From assembly GCA_016928775.1 (NCBI GenBank), contig JAFGKD010000043.1, positions 1,834 to 65,833 on the forward strand: a stretch of DNA of 64,000 nt. The letters run 5' to 3'. Below, one piece after another: positions 59,979 through 64,000 of this stretch. Made by a program: the position numbers and the translations under genes. The notes under the pieces were generated by a model. That model was not told where the DNA came from and made no database searches. It was given only the letters and a program-made list of their open reading frames with translations. Position 1 is the first letter of the stretch; every line of letters begins with the position of its first letter. This DNA comes from Candidatus Zhuqueibacterota bacterium (GTDB lineage Bacteria; Zhuqueibacterota; Zhuqueibacteria; Residuimicrobiales; Krinioviventaceae).

Positions 59979-61268
59979 ATGTCAAAATTATTCAATCGCA
60001 GAGATTTTTTTAAAGGATTCGGTCTACTGGCCGCCGCGCCGATGATTTTGCCATCGCGCGTTTGGAGCGGCAATGATCTGCCCGGCAATCGTATCAATAT
60101 TGCCGTCATTGGCATCGGAAAACAGGGAACCGGCTTGCTGCGAGGCTTTTTGCACGCACCCGGCACCCAGGTTGTCGCTGTATGCGATGTGGACCGCCAA
60201 AAGCTGGCATATGGACAACAGGCGACGGACGATTTTTACGCCGAGAAAACCGGATCGCCCTATAAAGCTTGTCAGGCTACTATTGATTTTCGCGACATCA
60301 TCGCTCGCGATGATATTGACGCCATCGTGCTCGCTACGCCGGATCACTGGCACGCTCTACCGTCAATTCTTGCTGCTCAAGCGGGTATGGATATCTATTG
60401 TGAAAAACCACTCTCTCTCACGATTGGCGAGGCGCGTTTGATGGTCGAGCATGTTCGCCGCAACGGACGCGTCTTCCAGACCGGCAGTATGCAACGCTCC
60501 TCTGATCGGTTCCGCCAGGCGTGCGAACTGCTGCGCAACGGCTATATTGGCGAGATCAAACATGTACGCGTCTCTATTCGCACCGGCTTTATGCCGCACC
60601 CCATTGACTGTGATTTGCCAGCAGAATCCACCCCCCCTGAGCTTGAGTGGGACTTTTGGCAGGGACAAGCGCCAGCGCGGCCGTACAATTCAAAGCTTGC
60701 GCCATCCATCAACTTTGATGGCTGGCCAGCCTGGCGTGATTATCGCGCCTACTCTGGCGGTGGCATGACGGACTGGGGCGCCCATCATTTTGACATCGCT
60801 CAGTGGGCATTGGGAATGGATGAAAGCGGTCCGATCGAGATTTTTCCGGCGAGCCATAGCGACTATAAACTCCTCACCTATCGATATAAAAATGGCGTCG
60901 AGATGACGACTGATTTTGACGACAATTTTATTCGCTTCGAGGGGACCAAGGGCACGGTGACGGTCAATCGCCAGTCCCTGACAACCGAACCGGCGCATCT
61001 GAGCAGCAAAAAAATCGCCCCCAACGAAATTTTTCTGTACAAAAGCAATGATCACCGCATGGACTTTCTCAATGCAATACGCCATCGCAGCAAACCGATC
61101 GCCGACGTTGAGATTGGCGCTCGTTCGGTGACGGTGTGTCACCTCGGTAACTTGGCGTATCAATTGGATCGCCCCCTGCACTGGGACCCGGAGAAAGAAG
61201 AATTCATCAACGACGAAGAAGCCAATCGGATGAGATTTCGTGCCCAACGCAGTCCGTGGATAATCTAA
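59979..61268 (+). CDS. Tat-exported Gfo/Idh/MocA oxidoreductase
   Basis: NRRDFF signal, IGIGKQG, TPDHWH, CEKP, QTGSMQRS, DWGAHHFDIAQW. Confidence 0.93.
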   Translation: MSKLFNRRDFFKGFGLLAAAPMILPSRVWSGNDLPGNRINIAVIGIGKQGTGLLRGFLHAPGTQVVAVCDVDRQKLAYGQQATDDFYAEKTGSPYKACQATIDFRDIIARDDIDAIVLATPDHWHALPSILAAQAGMDIYCEKPLSLTIGEARLMVEHVRRNGRVFQTGSMQRSSDRFRQACELLRNGYIGEIKHVRVSIRTGFMPHPIDCDLPAESTPPELEWDFWQGQAPARPYNSKLAPSINFDGWPAWRDYRAYSGGGMTDWGAHHFDIAQWALGMDESGPIEIFPASHSDYKLLTYRYKNGVEMTTDFDDNFIRFEGTKGTVTVNRQSLTTEPAHLSSKKIAPNEIFLYKSNDHRMDFLNAIRHRSKPIADVEIGARSVTVCHLGNLAYQLDRPLHWDPEKEEFINDEEANRMRFRAQRSPWII

Positions 61269-61352
61269 TTTATTCAGCGCACATGAGCGAAGGGAATCGA
61301 TATTATCAACTCAGACTGACTCGAGCAGACGCAAAAGAAAGGATTTGTAGAA

Positions 61353-62651
61353 TTGAAACGACGCGAATTTTTAGCAAAGAGTTGTGCTGCTGGCGCGGCA
61401 TTCATAGCCCCGGCGATTGTACCGGCGCACGTTCTTGGTCGAAATGGCCAGGTCCTTCCGAGTAACAAGATCACGATGGCTTGCATTGGCGTTGGCTGGC
61501 AAGGCACGGGCAATATGGAAAATTTTCTGCGCGAATCCGATTGTCAGATCATCGCGGTGTGCGATGTCGATAAAAATCATCTCGCGAACGCACAGCGCAT
61601 CGTCAATGCGACCTATAAAAATGCAGACTGCCAAACCTGTCATGATTTCCGCGAGGTCATGGCGCGCCCTGACATTGATACGGTTATGCTCGGCTTGCCA
61701 GATCATTGGCATGCGATACAGGCAATCGAAGCAGCACGAGCCGGCAAAGATGTTTTCGGCGAGAAACCGCTCTCGCATACCCTCAGGGAGGGTCGGGCCA
61801 TGGTACAGGCGATGAATACCTACGGTCGCGTCTGGCAGACCGGTTCCTGGCAGCGCTCCGAGGCCAATTTTCGCTTTGGCGCCGAACTGGTGCGCAATGG
61901 CCGCATCGGCACAGTGCAGACGGTCGAAGTCGGTCTGCCGGCAGGTCACTCGGATTTTGCCGGCACCTTTGGCCAGGATAAAATCGAACCACCGCCGCGG
62001 GAACTGGATTATGACTTTTGGCTGGGACCCGCACCTTATGCACCCTATGCCATCGAACGCGTCCATAAAAACTGGCGCTGGCACCTTGATTATGGCGGCG
62101 GACAAATCATGGACTGGGTCGGCCACCACAATGATATTGCGCACTGGGGACTCGGCTATGACCGCACCGGACCGATTGAAGTCGAGGGTCATGGCGATTA
62201 TCCTCAAGACGGTTTCCGCGATACGGCAACAAAATATTGGGTCGAGTGTACCTATGCGACCGGTGTGAAAACCATTTTAGCCGGAGGATATGGAGAAATC
62301 CGTGGCGGCACACGCTGGATCGGCGACCTCGGATGGATCTATGTCACACGCGGTGGTGTCATTGAGGCAAATCCCAAATCACTGCTCACTGAACAGCTCG
62401 GCCCCGATGATATTCACTATTTGCATTCGCCAGGCCATTTTCGCAATTTTCTCGATTGCGTGAAATCGCGTGAGGAAACGCTCACACCGTGCGAAACCGC
62501 CCATCGTTCGGCGACACCGGGACATCTCGGACAAATCTCCATGCTGCTGGGACGAAAAATCAACTTTAATCCCGAGACCGAAGAGATTCTGGGAGATGTA
62601 GCAGCTTCACGAATGCTTGATAAAGCCTATCGCGCACCATGGACACTATAG
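61353..62651 (+). CDS. Tat-exported Gfo/Idh/MocA oxidoreductase
   Basis: KRREFL signal, IGVGWQG, PDHWH, GEKP, QTGSWQRS, DWVGHHNDIAHW. Confidence 0.93.
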   Translation: MKRREFLAKSCAAGAAFIAPAIVPAHVLGRNGQVLPSNKITMACIGVGWQGTGNMENFLRESDCQIIAVCDVDKNHLANAQRIVNATYKNADCQTCHDFREVMARPDIDTVMLGLPDHWHAIQAIEAARAGKDVFGEKPLSHTLREGRAMVQAMNTYGRVWQTGSWQRSEANFRFGAELVRNGRIGTVQTVEVGLPAGHSDFAGTFGQDKIEPPPRELDYDFWLGPAPYAPYAIERVHKNWRWHLDYGGGQIMDWVGHHNDIAHWGLGYDRTGPIEVEGHGDYPQDGFRDTATKYWVECTYATGVKTILAGGYGEIRGGTRWIGDLGWIYVTRGGVIEANPKSLLTEQLGPDDIHYLHSPGHFRNFLDCVKSREETLTPCETAHRSATPGHLGQISMLLGRKINFNPETEEILGDVAASRMLDKAYRAPWTL

Positions 62652-62667
62652 CTCCTGAACCAGTCAA

Positions 62668-63363
62668 TTGGAAAAAAAGGGTGTGCATGTGAGATATTTA
62701 TTTTTAGCCATTTTTCTGATGATGTCGATGGTGATGATCCAGTGTGACCAAAAGTCTGAACGCCCCGCACTCGGCAGCCCCGATAAAATCCAGAAACGTC
62801 TTCCGGCTGTTTGTATTGTGGATGAAGCCTCGCTTCGAGATGGCCCCTCTGCCAATGCCAACTGGAAGACCGCCATTGCTTTGGGAGAAAAATTGCACTG
62901 GCTCGGCATCAGCAAACAGGATTCTATAAAGGAGAGCCGTGAATATTTCAAAGTGGAGCTGTCCGACAGTACCGTTGGCTGGACAACCTCGTATGCCGTG
63001 GAATTGAACGCGGAGCCGGCAGTCATTATCGAACGAGCGCTCCTGTACCGCCGGCCTGATCTCAAAACGATGACGGATAAAGACCTGCAACCGATGGAAT
63101 TTGTCGCGATTCTGGAAACAAATAGCGACTGGCTGCGCGTCCTGGGAGAAAATCGCAAAAAACGCGGCTGGATTGAGCGCTCCGCCGCCTCCCTCAGAGA
63201 AGATGATATCGCAGTCGGTGTGCTCGCTTCCAAAGCGCTCAAAGAAAATAATTCCGAAAAACGACATCAGCGTATTATGGATATCATTGAAAATCCGGCG
63301 TTCGCTAATTCGGGATTTATTGATGAATTGATGCAAATTTTGAATTCTGACAATGATGAATGA
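62668..63363 (+). CDS. Putative lipoprotein with SH3-like domains
   Basis: Hydrophobic signal ending in Cys; ASLRDGP...YFKVELSDSTVGW and ALLYRRPD...DWLRV...GWI are SH3b-like repeats. Confidence 0.65.
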   Translation: MEKKGVHVRYLFLAIFLMMSMVMIQCDQKSERPALGSPDKIQKRLPAVCIVDEASLRDGPSANANWKTAIALGEKLHWLGISKQDSIKESREYFKVELSDSTVGWTTSYAVELNAEPAVIIERALLYRRPDLKTMTDKDLQPMEFVAILETNSDWLRVLGENRKKRGWIERSAASLREDDIAVGVLASKALKENNSEKRHQRIMDIIENPAFANSGFIDELMQILNSDNDE

Positions 63364-63466
63364 TGGATGTTGGAAACTCAACGCTTAGGTTTGTATTGTT
63401 GATGTCGTGCCTGCAAAAATTTCACTTGTTTCCGGAAAAACATATCGTGAATCGAGGTGTTTGACT

Positions 63467-64000
63467 ATGAAACGCAGAACTTTTATCAAAACGACGCTCG
63501 CCGCGGCACCACTGTTTGTGCCCGCTCACGTTCTTGGTGGTCGCTATACAGCACCCAGCGATAAAATTCGCATGGGCTGCATCGGCGTCGGCAGTATGGG
63601 CAGCGGCCACGTCCGTGCCTTTTTGGGACAACCGGATGTGCAGATTCTGGCTGTCTGCGATGTGCGGCAGGCGCACCGAGAGCGCGCCAAACGTGCCGTC
63701 GATACAGTATACGATAACAGCGATTGCACAACATATCATGATTTTCGTGAACTGCTGGCTCGGGACGATATTGATGCGATTATGACGGCGACTCCGGATA
63801 ATTGGCATGCCCTTATCGGACTGGAAGCCGCCCGGCGCGGCGTGGATATGTACTTTGAAAAACCACTCACCATGAGCATTAATGAGAGTCAAGCACTTCG
63901 CGATGCGGTGAGCAAGTACAATGTCATTTTCCAGTTCGGCACCCAACAACGCTCCGATTACGAGTTTCGACAGACAATTGAATTGATACGAAACGGCCGC
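63467..64000 (+). CDS. Tat-exported Gfo/Idh/MocA oxidoreductase, truncated by the window edge
   Basis: My translation: MKRRTFIKTTLAAAPLFVPAHVLGG...IRMGCIGVGSMG...TPDNWH...FEKP...QFGTQQRS; GAGG RBS. Confidence 0.9.
   Translation, partial: MKRRTFIKTTLAAAPLFVPAHVLGGRYTAPSDKIRMGCIGVGSMGSGHVRAFLGQPDVQILAVCDVRQAHRERAKRAVDTVYDNSDCTTYHDFRELLARDDIDAIMTATPDNWHALIGLEAARRGVDMYFEKPLTMSINESQALRDAVSKYNVIFQFGTQQRSDYEFRQTIELIRNGR

Overview
Chromosomal window from a bacterium that looks like an FCB-group organism. This is inferred from five proteins with T9SS/FlgD-Ig-like C-terminal domains, a PorV/PorQ-like barrel, a GWxTD protein and Tat-exported Gfo/Idh/MocA paralogues, a gene content reminiscent of candidate division KSB1. 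Bases 1-15002 (minus strand, running off the left edge) hold a tightly coupled, apparently headless contractile-tail operon of the eCIS/tailocin type. Its order is sheath, tube, tail chaperone, low-complexity protein, Mu gp43-like tube initiator, 1130-aa helical tape-measure-like protein, a short Rhs protein with a hydrophobic HEXXH C-terminal domain and no adjacent immunity gene, hub, spike, PAAR-like tip, gp25 and an extended baseplate J. A structured leader with a possible terminator/antiterminator switch precedes it. The rest of the window holds a Tat-signal TldD plus PmbA pair, secreted CTD proteins (LVIVD, vWA with an AT-rich pore-former-like insert, S8 protease, beta-helix, GH30), tmRNA, metY, SDRs, OM barrels, REP-like palindromic repeats and three Gfo/Idh/MocA oxidoreductases. 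All calls come from motif recognition by eye; no database searches were run.
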